Assembly (NCBI GenBank): GCA_963841915.1
Contig: CAWJEN010000006.1
Location: forward strand, 1,280,001-1,344,000
Length of the DNA stretch: 64,000 nt
Source: an uncultured Planctomycetota bacterium
GTDB lineage: Bacteria > Planctomycetota > Phycisphaerae > Tepidisphaerales > Tepidisphaeraceae
Reading direction: 5' to 3'
The notes beneath the pieces were generated by a model. The model was not told where the DNA came from. It ran no database searches and was given only the letters and a program-made list of their open reading frames with translations. The position numbers were made by a program, and so were the translations under genes. Positions 11,160-22,897 of the stretch are shown piece by piece. Every line of letters begins with the position of its first letter. Within the stretch, counting starts at the first letter, position 1.

Positions 11160-12224
11160 ATGTACGAAAAGCTCGTCTCAGCCTCCGACGCCATCAGCAC
11201 GACCGCCCGCGACTCGCTCAGCGAGATCGAAGCCGTGACGCGTGCGACGAAGATGCTCGCCATCAACGCCCTCATCGAGGCCGCGCACGCCGGTGAGCGC
11301 GGTAAGGGGTTTGCCGTCGTCGCCGAAGAGGTCGGGCGCATCAGCGACTCGGTCCGCACCATCACCGGCAACCTCCGCGGCCGGCTCGACACGCAGTTCG
11401 AGGAGTTGGCGACCCTCAGCAGCTCGCTACGCACCGACGTCAACGGCACCCGCATGGCCGACTTGGCGTTGATGATCATTGACGTGATCGACCGCAACCT
11501 GTTCGAGCGTTCATGTGACGTGCGATGGTGGGCGACCGACGGTGCCGTGGTCGATGTGCTGGAGAAGCCTTCACCTGCCGCCGCCGCTCATGCGTCGTCG
11601 CGTCTGGGCGTCATTCTCGACAGCTACACCGTCTACCTCGACCTGTGGATTGCCGACGCAAGCGGCCGCGTCGTCGCCAACGGTCGGCCCGACAAGTACC
11701 CCGGCGTCGTCGGTACGAACGTGACCGACTCGTCGTGGTTCCGCGAGTCGATGCAGCTTCGCAGCGGCGAGGATTACGCCGTCGACGACGTGGCCGAATC
11801 GCCACACCTCGGCGGAAGTGAAGTCGCCACCTATGCCACCGCCATCCGAGCAGGCGGCGTCAGCAACGGCAAAGCCCTTGGGGCGATGGGCATCTTCTTC
11901 GACTGGGGCGACCAGTCGCAGGACGTCGTCTCGAAGGTGCGGCTCAGCGACGAAGAACGCGACCGCAGCCGTGCCATGATCGTCGACCGCGACGGCCGCG
12001 TCATCGCCGACAGCACGGGCCAGGGTGGCAAGTTCGTCATCCAGCACGAGAACAAGAAGAGCGGCTTCTACGCTGAGCGAGACGGCACGCTCATCGGCTT
12101 TGCCGCCACACCGGGCTACGAAACGTACGAAGGCTTGGGCTGGTACGGCGTTATCGCCCAGAAGCCGGCAGGCAAGGCCGCTGCCACCGCGTCGGCGACG
12201 CCGACTATGCGACTCGCCGCATAA
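11160..12224 (+). CDS. Soluble methyl-accepting chemotaxis-like protein (short N-terminal MCP signal domain, C-terminal Cache-like domain)
   Basis: [29 protein letters not shown] hairpin; [22 protein letters not shown]; no TM segment. Confidence 0.85.
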   Translation: MYEKLVSASDAISTTARDSLSEIEAVTRATKMLAINALIEAAHAGERGKGFAVVAEEVGRISDSVRTITGNLRGRLDTQFEELATLSSSLRTDVNGTRMADLALMIIDVIDRNLFERSCDVRWWATDGAVVDVLEKPSPAAAAHASSRLGVILDSYTVYLDLWIADASGRVVANGRPDKYPGVVGTNVTDSSWFRESMQLRSGEDYAVDDVAESPHLGGSEVATYATAIRAGGVSNGKALGAMGIFFDWGDQSQDVVSKVRLSDEERDRSRAMIVDRDGRVIADSTGQGGKFVIQHENKKSGFYAERDGTLIGFAATPGYETYEGLGWYGVIAQKPAGKAAATASATPTMRLAA

Positions 12225-12253
12225 CGAACCGGGCCGGGCACTACCGTCGCCTC

Positions 12254-13132
12254 ATGCCCGCCAACCCGCTTAAACTCGCCAGCCAGGCTCGTGGCGACCT
12301 ACGGTCGGCGGCCACGGCAGCACGCGACGGTCGCTTCGACGCACTCTCTGTCGACATCGCCACGCTGGCCGCAACCCGCAATTCCGAGTCGGCCAAACGT
12401 GAAGTCAGGGCCCTGCTCAGCCGCCACGGCCTGGCGCCGGCGGCGCTGCGGTGCAAACTGCCGGGCAAAGGCCTCAGCAGCGACGCCGACGGCGATCGCG
12501 TATTTGACGAGCTTTGCCGTGCGATGAAGTTGTGCCGCGGCGTCGGATTTGCCCTCGTGTCGTGTGACTTAGGTGCGGTGCCACGGTCGGTCCAGCCCAA
12601 AGCCAAGGCTAAGGCAATTGATCCCGGCCTGCTCGGCGCGCTCATCTTGCCGACGAGCGACGACGTGGCTTCGCTCATCGGCGGAAACGAGGACGCGGCC
12701 AGCGAGCCGCTGACGGCTAAGGAGCGCGAGCACGCTGCTCTTGCGACCGACGTGCTGCGCGAAGTGGGCGACGCGGCAGATCGACTCGGCATCGCAGTCG
12801 CCTTCGATGCGACGCTGGCCTCGTCGCAGGATTTGGGTGCCTTGCTGAAGGCGGCGGACTGCGGGCTCTTCTTTCGCGAACTCGATACGGCTGCGTCTGT
12901 GACGGAGCTTGCCGCCGATGTCTCGGCCGTCGTCGGGTCGTCGCCGGCGATTCTGCACGTACGGGCTGCCGACGCTCAATCGGCCGGCGGGCGGACGCGG
13001 CAGATTGCGATGGGCAAGGGCGATGTGCCCTTTGCGACCCTGCTGGAAGCACTCGAGGAGGCCGACTTTGCAGGGTTTGTCACGCTGCCACCGGACGTGT
13101 CGCGTCGGGCGTGGCAGGCAGCGACCGCCTGA
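12254..13132 (+). CDS. Sugar-phosphate isomerase/epimerase-like TIM-barrel protein (divergent)
   Basis: C-terminal ILHVRAADA...MGKGDVPFATLLEALEEADFAG. Confidence 0.65.
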   Translation: MPANPLKLASQARGDLRSAATAARDGRFDALSVDIATLAATRNSESAKREVRALLSRHGLAPAALRCKLPGKGLSSDADGDRVFDELCRAMKLCRGVGFALVSCDLGAVPRSVQPKAKAKAIDPGLLGALILPTSDDVASLIGGNEDAASEPLTAKEREHAALATDVLREVGDAADRLGIAVAFDATLASSQDLGALLKAADCGLFFRELDTAASVTELAADVSAVVGSSPAILHVRAADAQSAGGRTRQIAMGKGDVPFATLLEALEEADFAGFVTLPPDVSRRAWQAATA

Positions 13133-13135
13133 TCA

Positions 13136-14077
13136 TCACGCCGCCGCAGCCAGGACACGTTGATCGACGAAGAGCGCCAGCAACTCGCCGCGTGAGCTGA
13201 CGTCGAACTCGGTGTAGAGGCGTTTGACGTGCGTGTGGACGGTGTGCGTCGAGACGCCGAGGTCGTTGGCCACTTCTTTTTCGCTGTACCCTCGAAGCAG
13301 GAGCAGCAGGACATCGCGTTGACGGTCCGAGAGTTCGTGGTCGCTCATCGGGTTATGGAACGCCTCGGTTGGCCCACCACCGGGCTGTTGTGTCGGCATG
13401 GACAGAATCGCCCCGCTGCCGAACAGCTCGCGGTACAGCATGGGTGCCGCCGCCCGAAGCACGAGCGAGGCGAGTCGTCGATCCGCCTGCGAGAAGGCGG
13501 GCCGATCCGGGCGGCCGTAGGTCGTCATGCCGATCATGCTGTCGGGCCCGCTGGCCCAGACGGCGACCATGAGGTCGTTCCAGCCGTGCTGTGCGAGGTG
13601 CTTTTCGACGATTTCCCGCTTGTACCAGCCGCTGTAGGTGACTGGCAGATCCTGACTGACGACGAACACACGCGGCTCGCGCAGGTTCTGCAGGACGTCA
13701 GGCATGATCATGCGGACGGCCGGCGCGGCGGCATCGATGAAGGCCTGCACGTCGGCATCAGGTCGCGGCTCGATCTTCTCGAGTATCGGGCCGACCGTCA
13801 CCCGTTCAACGATCCGTGGGCCTGCCTTGCGGCTCAGGTCGTCGTGGAGGATCAATTGGACGTCGTGATTGTGATCGATGAGTCGCTGATACTCACGCAG
13901 CAACGCCTCGATCTTTTGCCGCGGTGGTACGCCGAGGTCGATGACGCGGTTGATCGCGTCGACGAGTGCTTCGGCAGTGCGCAGCGGCTCGACGAGCGGG
14001 TGGTAAGGCGGACGATGCGACTTCATCGCAGCGCTTGATGACGCGTCGGGCGAATGGCGTGGCAGGATTCGTTGCAT
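13136..14077 (-). CDS. LuxR-family transcriptional regulator with N-terminal sensor domain
   Basis: C-terminal LSDRQRDVLLLLLRGYSEKEVANDLGVSTHTVHTHVKRLY HTH. Confidence 0.9.
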   Translation of the reverse strand: MQRILPRHSPDASSSAAMKSHRPPYHPLVEPLRTAEALVDAINRVIDLGVPPRQKIEALLREYQRLIDHNHDVQLILHDDLSRKAGPRIVERVTVGPILEKIEPRPDADVQAFIDAAAPAVRMIMPDVLQNLREPRVFVVSQDLPVTYSGWYKREIVEKHLAQHGWNDLMVAVWASGPDSMIGMTTYGRPDRPAFSQADRRLASLVLRAAAPMLYRELFGSGAILSMPTQQPGGGPTEAFHNPMSDHELSDRQRDVLLLLLRGYSEKEVANDLGVSTHTVHTHVKRLYTEFDVSSRGELLALFVDQRVLAAAA

Positions 14078-14163
14078 GACAGTGCCTCCGTCTCCAAGGC
14101 CGTTCCCCTGACCTCTCGATCATCTCAGGACGTGCACGTTACTCTACCCACAATAGGGGGTCT

Positions 14164-15003
14164 TTGCCCATAATTCCGTGGAACAAGCGGCACGTTTCCC
14201 CCAATCTACCCTTCATCATGCGTCCAGCTGATCGGTACTGTGCCATAGTGCGGCAGGCGGCTTTAGGCGGTCGGCCAGCGACCGCTCGGACAGGTTTGCG
14301 CAGCGGGCTTCTTCTGTGTGACGCCCTCGATGCCGAACCGGCAGCGGAGATGGATCCGACCAGCGGCGACAACGACGGCGGCGGACACAGGCGGCCCTAC
14401 TACCGGCACCTCGCTCGCTACGCCGCCGCGTTGGCCAGGCGAATCGATCCATCGCTGCCGATGCTCGGCGAGATGGTCACGACGCGGGCAGCAATCCCGA
14501 CGAATGAGCAACCACCCGCCCGTGTCGCCGCAGAAGTCTGCGTCGCCGCCTGGAGCGAGCTGGCCGATGTCGCCGCCGGAAACGCCACCGCCTCGGCGAC
14601 GCTCGACAGTCTTGCCTCCACGCAGTCTGCCGACGGGCCGCTGTTCGCGTTCGACAAGTTCAATGGCGACAACCCCGAACCGTGGTGGTATCACGAACTC
14701 GTCGCCCTGCACGCCCTGACGTCGTACGGCCGACTGACCCATACCGCACTGGCGACCCATTCGGCCCAGCGTGCCGCAGCGTTTCACCACGCCGAGACGC
14801 AACCCGATCACGCCACCGGACAACCCTGGGCAATCCACGCCTTCGCCGGCGAGGTCGAAATGATCCCGACCGCCGAGCTGCTGCTGCTCGCCTGCGGCAT
14901 CGGTCGGCCGGGTGGTGTGGACATCGTCAGCCGCTTGCTGCTGGCCGATGCCTGCGTCTGGCTAGACGGCGGGCCCGACAAGGTTGCTAAGGTGCAGCCA
15001 TGA
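14164..15003 (+). CDS. Hypothetical protein (start uncertain)
   Basis: ORF overlapping next gene (ATGA); motif-like [12 protein letters not shown] and [20 protein letters not shown]. Confidence 0.6.
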   Translation: MPIIPWNKRHVSPNLPFIMRPADRYCAIVRQAALGGRPATARTGLRSGLLLCDALDAEPAAEMDPTSGDNDGGGHRRPYYRHLARYAAALARRIDPSLPMLGEMVTTRAAIPTNEQPPARVAAEVCVAAWSELADVAAGNATASATLDSLASTQSADGPLFAFDKFNGDNPEPWWYHELVALHALTSYGRLTHTALATHSAQRAAAFHHAETQPDHATGQPWAIHAFAGEVEMIPTAELLLLACGIGRPGGVDIVSRLLLADACVWLDGGPDKVAKVQP

Positions 15004-15245
15004 GCGATACCACGGTTCAGACGATCAGCGACGATCTGCTCGACTTGCTCCGCTGCCCGCTAACGCTGAGCCCACTGAGCCGCGACGGAGACAGCCTTGT
15101 CGCCGAGGTCGGAGGCCTGCGTTACCCGGTCCGCGACGGCATTCCCCAGATGCTTGCCGATGAGGCCGAGCTGCCCGAAGGCGTTGCATCGCTTGAGGAG
15201 CTTAAGACGAAGCTCCGCGGCGAAGGCCACACCGTTCGCGACTAA
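15000..15245 (+). CDS. Trm112-family protein
   Basis: [14 protein letters not shown]...[15 protein letters not shown]. Confidence 0.88.
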   Translation: MSDTTVQTISDDLLDLLRCPLTLSPLSRDGDSLVAEVGGLRYPVRDGIPQMLADEAELPEGVASLEELKTKLRGEGHTVRD

Positions 15246-15246
15246 G

Positions 15247-15870
15247 TCACCGCCACCGCATCTTGGCAATGACGCGGCCGGTTTGGCCGCCGAGTTCGTA
15301 AGCATGCGTCGTGCACGAGGCGCGTTCCTTGCGGATGATGAAGCGGGCGTCGTGCAGCTCTTCGTCGACCTTGGGGCCCTTCATTGCCAAGAGCGTGCCG
15401 CCGCGTCGCACGAGCGGGCGTGTCCATTCGAGCAGCTTTACGAGCGGAGCCACAGCCCGGGCGGTGACGACATCGAACTGCCCGTCGAGCCCCATCCGCT
15501 CGGCCCGACCATTGAAGACGGTCACGTTCTTTAGCCCGAGATCAGCCGCCGTTTCTTCGAGAAACGTCGCCTTCTTGCCCGTCGATTCGACAAGCGTCAC
15601 CGCCGCGTTGGGTCGCATGACCGCCAGCACGATGCCCGGTACGCCACCGCCACTGCCGACGTCGACAAGATCGAATTGCCCCGCCGCCGCCGTCGGCAGG
15701 TGCGGCAGGAGCTGCAACGCATCGCCGACGTGAAACACCTCGGCATCAGCGCGGTCGACAATCCGCGTCAGGTTGAAGTTCGTGTTGGCCTCGATGAGCA
15801 GATCGAGATACCGATGCAACTTCGCTTGCTGATCGGCTGGGAGATCGCTGAGTTTGGGTGCGTCAGGCAT
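15247..15870 (-). CDS. rsmG: 16S rRNA m7G527 methyltransferase
   Basis: NFNLTRI, DVGSGGGVPG, VESTGKKATFL, FDVVTARAV, AMKG. Confidence 0.93.
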   Translation of the reverse strand: MPDAPKLSDLPADQQAKLHRYLDLLIEANTNFNLTRIVDRADAEVFHVGDALQLLPHLPTAAAGQFDLVDVGSGGGVPGIVLAVMRPNAAVTLVESTGKKATFLEETAADLGLKNVTVFNGRAERMGLDGQFDVVTARAVAPLVKLLEWTRPLVRRGGTLLAMKGPKVDEELHDARFIIRKERASCTTHAYELGGQTGRVIAKMRWR

Positions 15871-15873
15871 TAA

Positions 15874-17439
15874 TCATTCCCACTCAATTGTTGCTGGTGG
15901 CTTGCTGCTGATGTCGTAGACGACCCGGCCGACGCCGCGGACTTCGTTGATGATCCGCGTGCTCATGCGGCCAAGCACCTCGTATGGCAGCCGCGCCCAG
16001 TCGGCGGTCATGAAGTCACGCGACTCCACCGCGCGGACGGCGATCACGTGGTCGTAGCTGCGGCCGTCGCCCATCACCCCGACGGTGCCGACCGGCAACA
16101 GCACCGCAAAGACCTGGGCCGTTTTCCGGTACAAGTCGGCTGAAACAAGTTCGTCGAGCACGATCTCGTCGGCCTCGCGGAGGATCGATAGACGCTCCTC
16201 GGTGACGTCGCCGATGACGCGGACGGCCAGGCCAGGCCCCGGGAACGGGTGCCGCCAGACCAGGCGTTCGGGCAGCCCCAGCACCTCACCGGCGGCGCGA
16301 ACCTCGTCCTTGAAGAGCTCGCGCAGCGGCTCGACGAGGTCGAACCCCAGCTCCGCCGGCAGGCCGCCAACGTTGTGGTGGAGCTTGATGTTGGCCGCGT
16401 GCCCGCTGTGGCCGTGACCGCTTTCGATCACGTCTGGGTAGAGCGTGCCCTGGGCGAGGAATCTGGCGTTGTCGATGGTGGCCGACTCGCGTTTGAAGGC
16501 TTCGATGAACTCACGGCCGATGATCTTGCGCTTCTCCTGAGGATCGCTGACACCCTTCAGCTCCGTCAGAAACCGCTCGCCTGCATCGACGGTGCGTAGA
16601 TCGATTTTGAAGTGCTCGCCGAACGTTCGCTCGACAAGGTTGCGTTCGCCCTTACGCAAGAGGCCGTTGTCGACAAAGATGCACTTGAGCTGACTGCCGA
16701 TCGCTTTGTGGAGCAAAGCCGCGGTCACGCTCGAGTCGACACCGCCGCTGAGGCCGCAGATGACATTGGCATCGCCAACCTGCTCGCGCACTTTCGCGAC
16801 GGTCTGGTCGACAAAGTCACCCATCCGCCACGTACCCGAGCATTTGCAGATGCCGTCGAGGAAGTTGGCGAAAATCGTCTCGCCCTTGGGCGTGTGCGTC
16901 ACTTCCGGGTGAAACTGCAGGCCCCAGAACCGAGCTGATTGATGTCGCGTCGCCGCGAACGGGCACGTCGGCGTCTTGGCGAGTGGCACGAACTCTTCCG
17001 GCAGACTCATGATCTGGTCGCCGTGACTCATCCACACGTGCGTCTCGCTCGGCAGACCGCTCAGCAAGCCGCCGTCATCAACGACGCTCAGCTTCGTCCT
17101 GCCGTACTCGCGTGCCTCTGCCGACTTAACGTCGGCCCCGAGCAGATTGCACGCGACTTGCATGCCGTAGCAGATTCCCAGCACAGGAACGTCATTGGCC
17201 ATCGCCCAGTCGAGTAGTTCGGCATGCGGCCTGGGAGCGCCTTCGACATAAACACTTGAAGGCCCGCCGCTGAGGATCAGGCCCTTGATCGTTCCGAGCT
17301 TCTCGATCTCTTCCGGCGACGCGTCGGGCCGGAGCAGCTCGCTGTAGACGCCCGCCTCGCGGACCCGCCTGCACAGGAGCTGAGCATACTGGCTGCCGAA
17401 GTCGAGCACGGGCACGACTTCCTGATGAACGTCCTTCAT
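15874..17439 (-). CDS. guaA: GMP synthase (glutamine-hydrolysing)
   Basis: [56 protein letters not shown]. Confidence 0.97.
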   Translation of the reverse strand: MKDVHQEVVPVLDFGSQYAQLLCRRVREAGVYSELLRPDASPEEIEKLGTIKGLILSGGPSSVYVEGAPRPHAELLDWAMANDVPVLGICYGMQVACNLLGADVKSAEAREYGRTKLSVVDDGGLLSGLPSETHVWMSHGDQIMSLPEEFVPLAKTPTCPFAATRHQSARFWGLQFHPEVTHTPKGETIFANFLDGICKCSGTWRMGDFVDQTVAKVREQVGDANVICGLSGGVDSSVTAALLHKAIGSQLKCIFVDNGLLRKGERNLVERTFGEHFKIDLRTVDAGERFLTELKGVSDPQEKRKIIGREFIEAFKRESATIDNARFLAQGTLYPDVIESGHGHSGHAANIKLHHNVGGLPAELGFDLVEPLRELFKDEVRAAGEVLGLPERLVWRHPFPGPGLAVRVIGDVTEERLSILREADEIVLDELVSADLYRKTAQVFAVLLPVGTVGVMGDGRSYDHVIAVRAVESRDFMTADWARLPYEVLGRMSTRIINEVRGVGRVVYDISSKPPATIEWE

Positions 17440-17461
17440 CCGGCCAATGTAGGGTCTTCGG

Positions 17462-17920
17462 ATGAATGATCCATTTCTACAGGCCGCTATCGACGAAGCC
17501 AAGGCCGGATTGGCCGAGGGCGGGCTGCCGATCGGCAGCGTGCTTGTCCGTAATAACGCCATCATCGGCCGCGGGCACAACCGACGTGTCCAAGGCGGCG
17601 GGCCGATGATCCACGCCGAGATCGACTGCCTCAACCAGGCCGGTCGCCAGACGACGTACAAGGACACGATCCTCTACTCGACGCTCATGCCCTGTTTCCT
17701 CTGCAGCGGCGCTGCCGTGCAATTCGGCATACGAAAGGTCGTTGTCGGGGAAAGCGTCACCTTCCCAGGCGGCGAAGGCCAAGGTGGCACGTCGCCCGCG
17801 TTCCTCCAGAGCCACGGCATCGAGGTGGTTGATCTCGGCGACGAGACCTGCATCCAGATGATGCGCGAATTTATAGCCGGTAATCCCGAGCTTTGGAACG
17901 AAGACATCGGCGTCGACTAA
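17462..17920 (+). CDS. Zn-dependent nucleoside/cytosine deaminase
   Basis: HAE and PCFLC motifs; GHNRRVQ and WNEDIG typical of FCY1-like cytosine deaminases. Confidence 0.88.
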   Translation: MNDPFLQAAIDEAKAGLAEGGLPIGSVLVRNNAIIGRGHNRRVQGGGPMIHAEIDCLNQAGRQTTYKDTILYSTLMPCFLCSGAAVQFGIRKVVVGESVTFPGGEGQGGTSPAFLQSHGIEVVDLGDETCIQMMREFIAGNPELWNEDIGVD

Positions 17921-17930
17921 ACGAGCAAAG

Positions 17931-20477
17931 TCAGTCAGCTTGTCCCAATGCAGCCGCGACGGCCGCTGCGTGATCCGTCTTGAGGTGCACATCCCGCTGC
18001 GGGAACGGAATCTCCACACCCGCCGCGTTGAGGCGGTCGTAGATCGCCAAGTGCAGTGCGTGCATCGTCGGCAGACGGTCAGCAAGGGTGGCCACAAACG
18101 CCCTTATTTCGAAATTGAGGGAGCTGTCACCCAAGCCGATGAACAGTACGCTCGATGCAGGCTCGTTCAGCACGGCCGGGACGCTGCGCACGGCCTCGAC
18201 CATAATCTTCTGCGTACTCACGATGTCGCTGCCGTACGCGACGCCGACGGGAATGAGCAGACGCGTCACCGGATTGCTCAACGTCCAGTTGACGACGCGG
18301 TCGGTGATGAAGCTCTTGTTCGGGACGAGCACTTCTTTGTTGTCGAAGTCGGTGATGGTCGTCGCGCGGATCTGCAGGCGACTGACGGTGCCGCTGACAT
18401 CGCCGACGGTGACGACATCGCCCACCCGCACCGGCCGCTCGAACAGGATGATCAGGCCGCTGACGAAGTTAGCCACGATCTCCTGAAGACCAAAGCCGAG
18501 GCCAACGCCCAGTGCTGCCACGATCCATTGCGCCCTGCCCCACTCGATGCCGATGAGGTTCGACACGATCAGGATGCCGATCGCGATGACGAGGTAGCGG
18601 ACGAGCGTGGTTGCCGCGTAGCGGGTGCCGGCGTCGAGCGGGAACCGTTGCAGCACCGCCAACTCCAGCACCGCCGGCAGGTTCTTGGCAGCAATGAAGG
18701 CAAGCGTGGCGGCGAACGCGCCCAGCAGTAGTGACCAGAGTGTAACCGCAGAGACAATGACAACCCCGTCCGAATCGACCGTCGCCGGTGCCAGCACCAC
18801 CCGTTGCAGGATGGCGAGTGCCGGCAGAACGTCTTGCCAGACGCCCCACAAGGCGCCCAGAATCAAGGCACCAACGGCCGTCCGCACGAGCTTGAGCGTC
18901 TGCAGGCTGGCTGCATCAACATCGACGTCTCCCATATCCAGCTCAGGCGTCGCCTCACCCGACGCCGCCTTGGCGTCGGCTTCTTCCCTGCGATCGCGGG
19001 CGTCTCGCTGATCGGCCAGCCTCTGCCGTGCCTGGCTCAAGACGATTCGACGTCGAGCTACGAGCAGCCACCGCGCTAGCAGGCTGTAGACGACGATCCC
19101 GCTGAGCACGACGACGCCCGTCGTAAAGAAGCGACTGAGCACTTCGGTTGCGGTGAAAAAGTATCCGACAGCCGCGGCCACCGTGAGCGAGGCCGGAAGG
19201 AAGACAAGACCAAAGTACCAGAACCTGCGAAGCCGCCACGCCCATCCGTCACGGTCCATCAACTCGCCGAAGACACCGTTGGCCGGTCGAAATACGCGGG
19301 CGACGAACAGCGTGAGCGCGATCGAGGCCACCATAAACGCAAGCCGTCCAAGCCCTTGCCGCAGGTGCTCGTCATTTCCGGCGTCGCACATGGCGGCAAT
19401 GAACGCTGCTGGCACGACGATCGGTGTCAGCCACGCCAGATTTCGTGACAACGTTCTGCGGGTTCGCTCGTTCCAGCGGAAGTGCTTGTGCGCAAGCCCG
19501 CCGCCTCGGCAGACGCCGCGGGCGAGATTCAGCAGCAGATACGTCGCCCCCGCCGCCAGACAGCCACGACCGACAGCCTTGGCGAACAGATCGCTGTTCT
19601 GCGTCGCTAGCAGACCGGCCATGCCGAACAGGATCAAGGGCATCGGTGCCGCCAGCAGCACCGTCTGCACAAGCGCCCTGGCCGTCAGCAAGAACGAGTC
19701 GCTGGCAAAGCGACTCGTCTCCCCGCCGAGCTCGACCAGCTTCCGCCGAAGCGGTAACCGCAGCAAGAGGAGCGTCCCAACCGCCATGACCACGAGGCCC
19801 GCTCGCACCGGCACACCCGCCAACCGGTCGAGCGTCGTTCGGCCGACCCACCACCAGCCCAGGGGCGATAGCAACCACTGCCCGCCCTGGGCAACCCGGC
19901 CGACCCATTCCCGGCCGATCGGCGGCGCGCTGCCGATCCACAGCAGGCGGCCGTCGAGCAGTTCGACCAATGTCGCAGACGCCAGTGCCAGATCACGCTC
20001 TGCCACGAGTGCGTCCTCGACCGCCTTCTGCAGCGTGACCTGCGTCTGCAAGTCGACGAGCAGCCGAGCCTGCTCCGCCGTGTCGTCGCTCAGACGCCGC
20101 TGCTCGAGGAGTCGGACGCGTAATAGCTTGACCTCTACGAGCTGACGCTCTCGCAAAGCGACACGTCGCTGCGTCTCCGACGGCTCCGGGGCACGCCGCC
20201 TCGCCTCACGCAGCATCTCACCGACTTCTGCACTGGCGTAGTCAAGATCCAGCACCTGCCGAACTGCGGACAGACTGGCTCTGACTTGCTCGACCCGTTC
20301 TTCTGCCAGTCGCTGCGCCTCTTGTGCTTCCCGCGTCTTTTGCTCTGCCTCAGGTGTCGGCGCAACGACATCAACAGCCGGTGCTACATCAGCCTGGGCA
20401 AGCGAAGGCGAAGCAGCGATGCAACACGCCAGCACCGTTGTGAGCCACCCGATGATGCTGAGCCGTATATGTCGCAA
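17931..20477 (-). CDS. Mechanosensitive channel, MscK-like (MscS family)
   Basis: Signal peptide, multi-TM region, GVGLGFGLQEIVANFVSGLIILFERPVRVGD, EIPFPQRDVH. Confidence 0.92.
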   Translation of the reverse strand: MRHIRLSIIGWLTTVLACCIAASPSLAQADVAPAVDVVAPTPEAEQKTREAQEAQRLAEERVEQVRASLSAVRQVLDLDYASAEVGEMLREARRRAPEPSETQRRVALRERQLVEVKLLRVRLLEQRRLSDDTAEQARLLVDLQTQVTLQKAVEDALVAERDLALASATLVELLDGRLLWIGSAPPIGREWVGRVAQGGQWLLSPLGWWWVGRTTLDRLAGVPVRAGLVVMAVGTLLLLRLPLRRKLVELGGETSRFASDSFLLTARALVQTVLLAAPMPLILFGMAGLLATQNSDLFAKAVGRGCLAAGATYLLLNLARGVCRGGGLAHKHFRWNERTRRTLSRNLAWLTPIVVPAAFIAAMCDAGNDEHLRQGLGRLAFMVASIALTLFVARVFRPANGVFGELMDRDGWAWRLRRFWYFGLVFLPASLTVAAAVGYFFTATEVLSRFFTTGVVVLSGIVVYSLLARWLLVARRRIVLSQARQRLADQRDARDRREEADAKAASGEATPELDMGDVDVDAASLQTLKLVRTAVGALILGALWGVWQDVLPALAILQRVVLAPATVDSDGVVIVSAVTLWSLLLGAFAATLAFIAAKNLPAVLELAVLQRFPLDAGTRYAATTLVRYLVIAIGILIVSNLIGIEWGRAQWIVAALGVGLGFGLQEIVANFVSGLIILFERPVRVGDVVTVGDVSGTVSRLQIRATTITDFDNKEVLVPNKSFITDRVVNWTLSNPVTRLLIPVGVAYGSDIVSTQKIMVEAVRSVPAVLNEPASSVLFIGLGDSSLNFEIRAFVATLADRLPTMHALHLAIYDRLNAAGVEIPFPQRDVHLKTDHAAAVAAALGQAD

Positions 20478-20531
20478 CGTGGAGACAACCTAGGGACGAC
20501 CGCCGACTCGTGCCGTAGCATCCACCCGCAC

Positions 20532-20605
<74 letters not shown>

Positions 20606-20619
20606 TCAGGCAGTGCTTT

Positions 20620-22854
20620 TCAGTCGAAGCGGTCGAGGTTCATGACCTTGTTCCAGGCCTTGACGAAGTCGTTCACGAACTTCTCGCCCGCGTCGTCGCT
20701 GGCGTAGACCTCGCTCAGTGCACGCAGCTGCGAATCGTGGCCGAAGATCAGGTCGACGCCGCTGCCCATCCACGCCATGACGCCCGTCGAGCGGTCGACG
20801 CCTTCGAAGAAGTGTTCACACTTGTCGCTTTTGGCCCACTCGTACTTCATGTCGAGCAGGTTGACGAAGAAGTCGTTTGTCAGCGTGCCGGGCCTGTCGG
20901 TAAATTGGCCCAGCCGCTTGTCGCCCAGCACACGCAGACCGCCGATGAGGACGGTCATCTCCGGCGCGGTCAGGTTCAGGAGGTGCGCCCGATCGATCAG
21001 CAGTTCATGGTCCTTCTTGCTGTGATCTGGTGAGATGTAGTTGCGGAACGCGTCGGCTGTAACTTCGAGGTGGCCGAAGGACTCGACGTCCGTTTGGTCC
21101 TGCGTCGCGTCCGTCCGCCCGGGGCGGAACGGCACCGTGATGTCGTGCCCCGCCGCCTTGGCCGCCGATTCGATGGCGGCACAACCGCCAAGCACGACGA
21201 CGTCGGCGAATGAGACGGTCCACCCGGTGGCCGTCTTGAAGTCACCGGCAATCTTCTCGAGCACCGGCAGGACCTTCTCAAGTTCCTCGGGCTGGTTGAT
21301 CGTCCATGAGCGTTGCGGCTCGAGACGAATGCGTCCGCCGTTGGCACCGCCGCGCTTGTCGGTCCCGCGGAAACACGACGCCGCCGCCCATGCGGTCGAG
21401 ACGAGCTGCGACACGCTCAGGCCGCTCTCCATGATCTTGGTCTTGAGCAGAGCGACATCGTGCTCGGTGACGAGTTCACCCTCGACCGCCGGCACCGGGT
21501 CCTGCCACAACTGCGGCTCGGCCACCTCGCTGCCGAGCAACCGCTCGTGCGGCCCCATGTCACGGTGCGTCAGCTTGTACCAGGCCCGCGCGAACGCGTC
21601 GGCGAATTCGTCAGGATTCTCCTGGAAATGCTTGGCTATCGGCAGGTAGGCCGGGTCTTCCTTCAGCGAAAGATCCGTCGTGAACATCATCGGCAAGTGC
21701 TTCTTACTCGCGTCGTGCGCGTCGGGCACGAGGTCCGCCTCGTCGACGTCGCCTTCCGGAATCCACTGCACCGCGCCGCCGGGGCTCTTGACCTGCTTCC
21801 ATTCGTACTTGAAGAGCTTGTCGAGGTAATCGTTGTCCCACTTGGCCGGCTCGCTCGTCCATGCGCCTTCGAGCTCGCTCGTTATCGCGTCGGCACCTTT
21901 GCCACTACCAAACGAGTTCCGCCAGCCGAAGCCCTGCTGTTCGATAGGTGATCCCTCGGGCTCTGGTCCGACGTAGTCCGCCGCGACTGCTGCACCGTGG
22001 GCCTTGCCGAACGTGTGCCCGCCAGCGACAAGGGCGACGGTCTCGTAGTCGTTCATCGCCATACGGCCGAATGTTTCGCGGATGTCGTGGGCGCTGCCCT
22101 TGGGGTCGTGCTCGCCGTTGCTGCCCTGCGGATTGACATAGATCAGCCCCATCTGCACCGCACCCAAAGGCGTCTCGAGCATGCGATTCTCTGCGTCCCC
22201 ATACCGCTCGTCGGCGAGCCACTTCTGCTCCGGACCCCAGTAGATGCCGTCATCAGGCTCCCACTTGTCCCGCCGCCCTCCTCCGAAGCCGAAGGTCGGC
22301 AGTCCCATCGACTCGATCGCGACGTTTCCCGTCAAAATCATGAGGTCGCCCCACGACAACGCTCGCCCGTACTTCTGCTTCACCGGCCAGATCAGCCGAC
22401 GGGCTTTGTCCAGATTCGCATTGTCCGGCCACGAGTTGAGCGGCGCGAAGCGAAGCATGCCCGAGCCACTGCCGCCGCGTCCGTCGGTCTGCCGATACGT
22501 TCCCGCCGCGTGCCACGCCATACGGACCATGAACGGCCCGTAGTGCCCGAAATCGGCCGGCCACCAGTCGACGCTCGTCGTCAGGACCTTCTCGATGTCC
22601 GCTTTCACCGCCGTCAGATCGAGCGACTTGAACGCCGCCTCATAATCGAAGTCTGCGCCCATCGGGTCCGCCTTCTCCGAGTGCTGATGGAGAATGCCGA
22701 CGTTGAGCTGATCCGGCCACCAGTCCTTGTTGCGGTGCCCATTCTTGCCCATCGCCAGTCCAGGAATGCCCATGACCGGGCAGGCACCGTTGGAGGAGCG
22801 GGCAGCCGACATATCAGCCGAGGGTCGCGATTGCGTTACATCTGTGGTCGCCAT
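20620..22854 (-). CDS. katG: Catalase-peroxidase
   Basis: [10 protein letters not shown] (distal R/W/H), [25 protein letters not shown]-terminal KVMNLDRFD. Confidence 0.97.
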   Translation of the reverse strand: MATTDVTQSRPSADMSAARSSNGACPVMGIPGLAMGKNGHRNKDWWPDQLNVGILHQHSEKADPMGADFDYEAAFKSLDLTAVKADIEKVLTTSVDWWPADFGHYGPFMVRMAWHAAGTYRQTDGRGGSGSGMLRFAPLNSWPDNANLDKARRLIWPVKQKYGRALSWGDLMILTGNVAIESMGLPTFGFGGGRRDKWEPDDGIYWGPEQKWLADERYGDAENRMLETPLGAVQMGLIYVNPQGSNGEHDPKGSAHDIRETFGRMAMNDYETVALVAGGHTFGKAHGAAVAADYVGPEPEGSPIEQQGFGWRNSFGSGKGADAITSELEGAWTSEPAKWDNDYLDKLFKYEWKQVKSPGGAVQWIPEGDVDEADLVPDAHDASKKHLPMMFTTDLSLKEDPAYLPIAKHFQENPDEFADAFARAWYKLTHRDMGPHERLLGSEVAEPQLWQDPVPAVEGELVTEHDVALLKTKIMESGLSVSQLVSTAWAAASCFRGTDKRGGANGGRIRLEPQRSWTINQPEELEKVLPVLEKIAGDFKTATGWTVSFADVVVLGGCAAIESAAKAAGHDITVPFRPGRTDATQDQTDVESFGHLEVTADAFRNYISPDHSKKDHELLIDRAHLLNLTAPEMTVLIGGLRVLGDKRLGQFTDRPGTLTNDFFVNLLDMKYEWAKSDKCEHFFEGVDRSTGVMAWMGSGVDLIFGHDSQLRALSEVYASDDAGEKFVNDFVKAWNKVMNLDRFD

Positions 22855-22897
22855 AGGACCCGAAGCATATTCCCCCCGTATAGACGCCTGCCGAATC

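Noticed and set aside
17462..17920. tadA
   Set aside because: Sequence features (GHNRRVQ, WNEDIG) fit FCY1-like cytosine deaminase; it lacks the TadA-type EVPVGA and TLEPC context.
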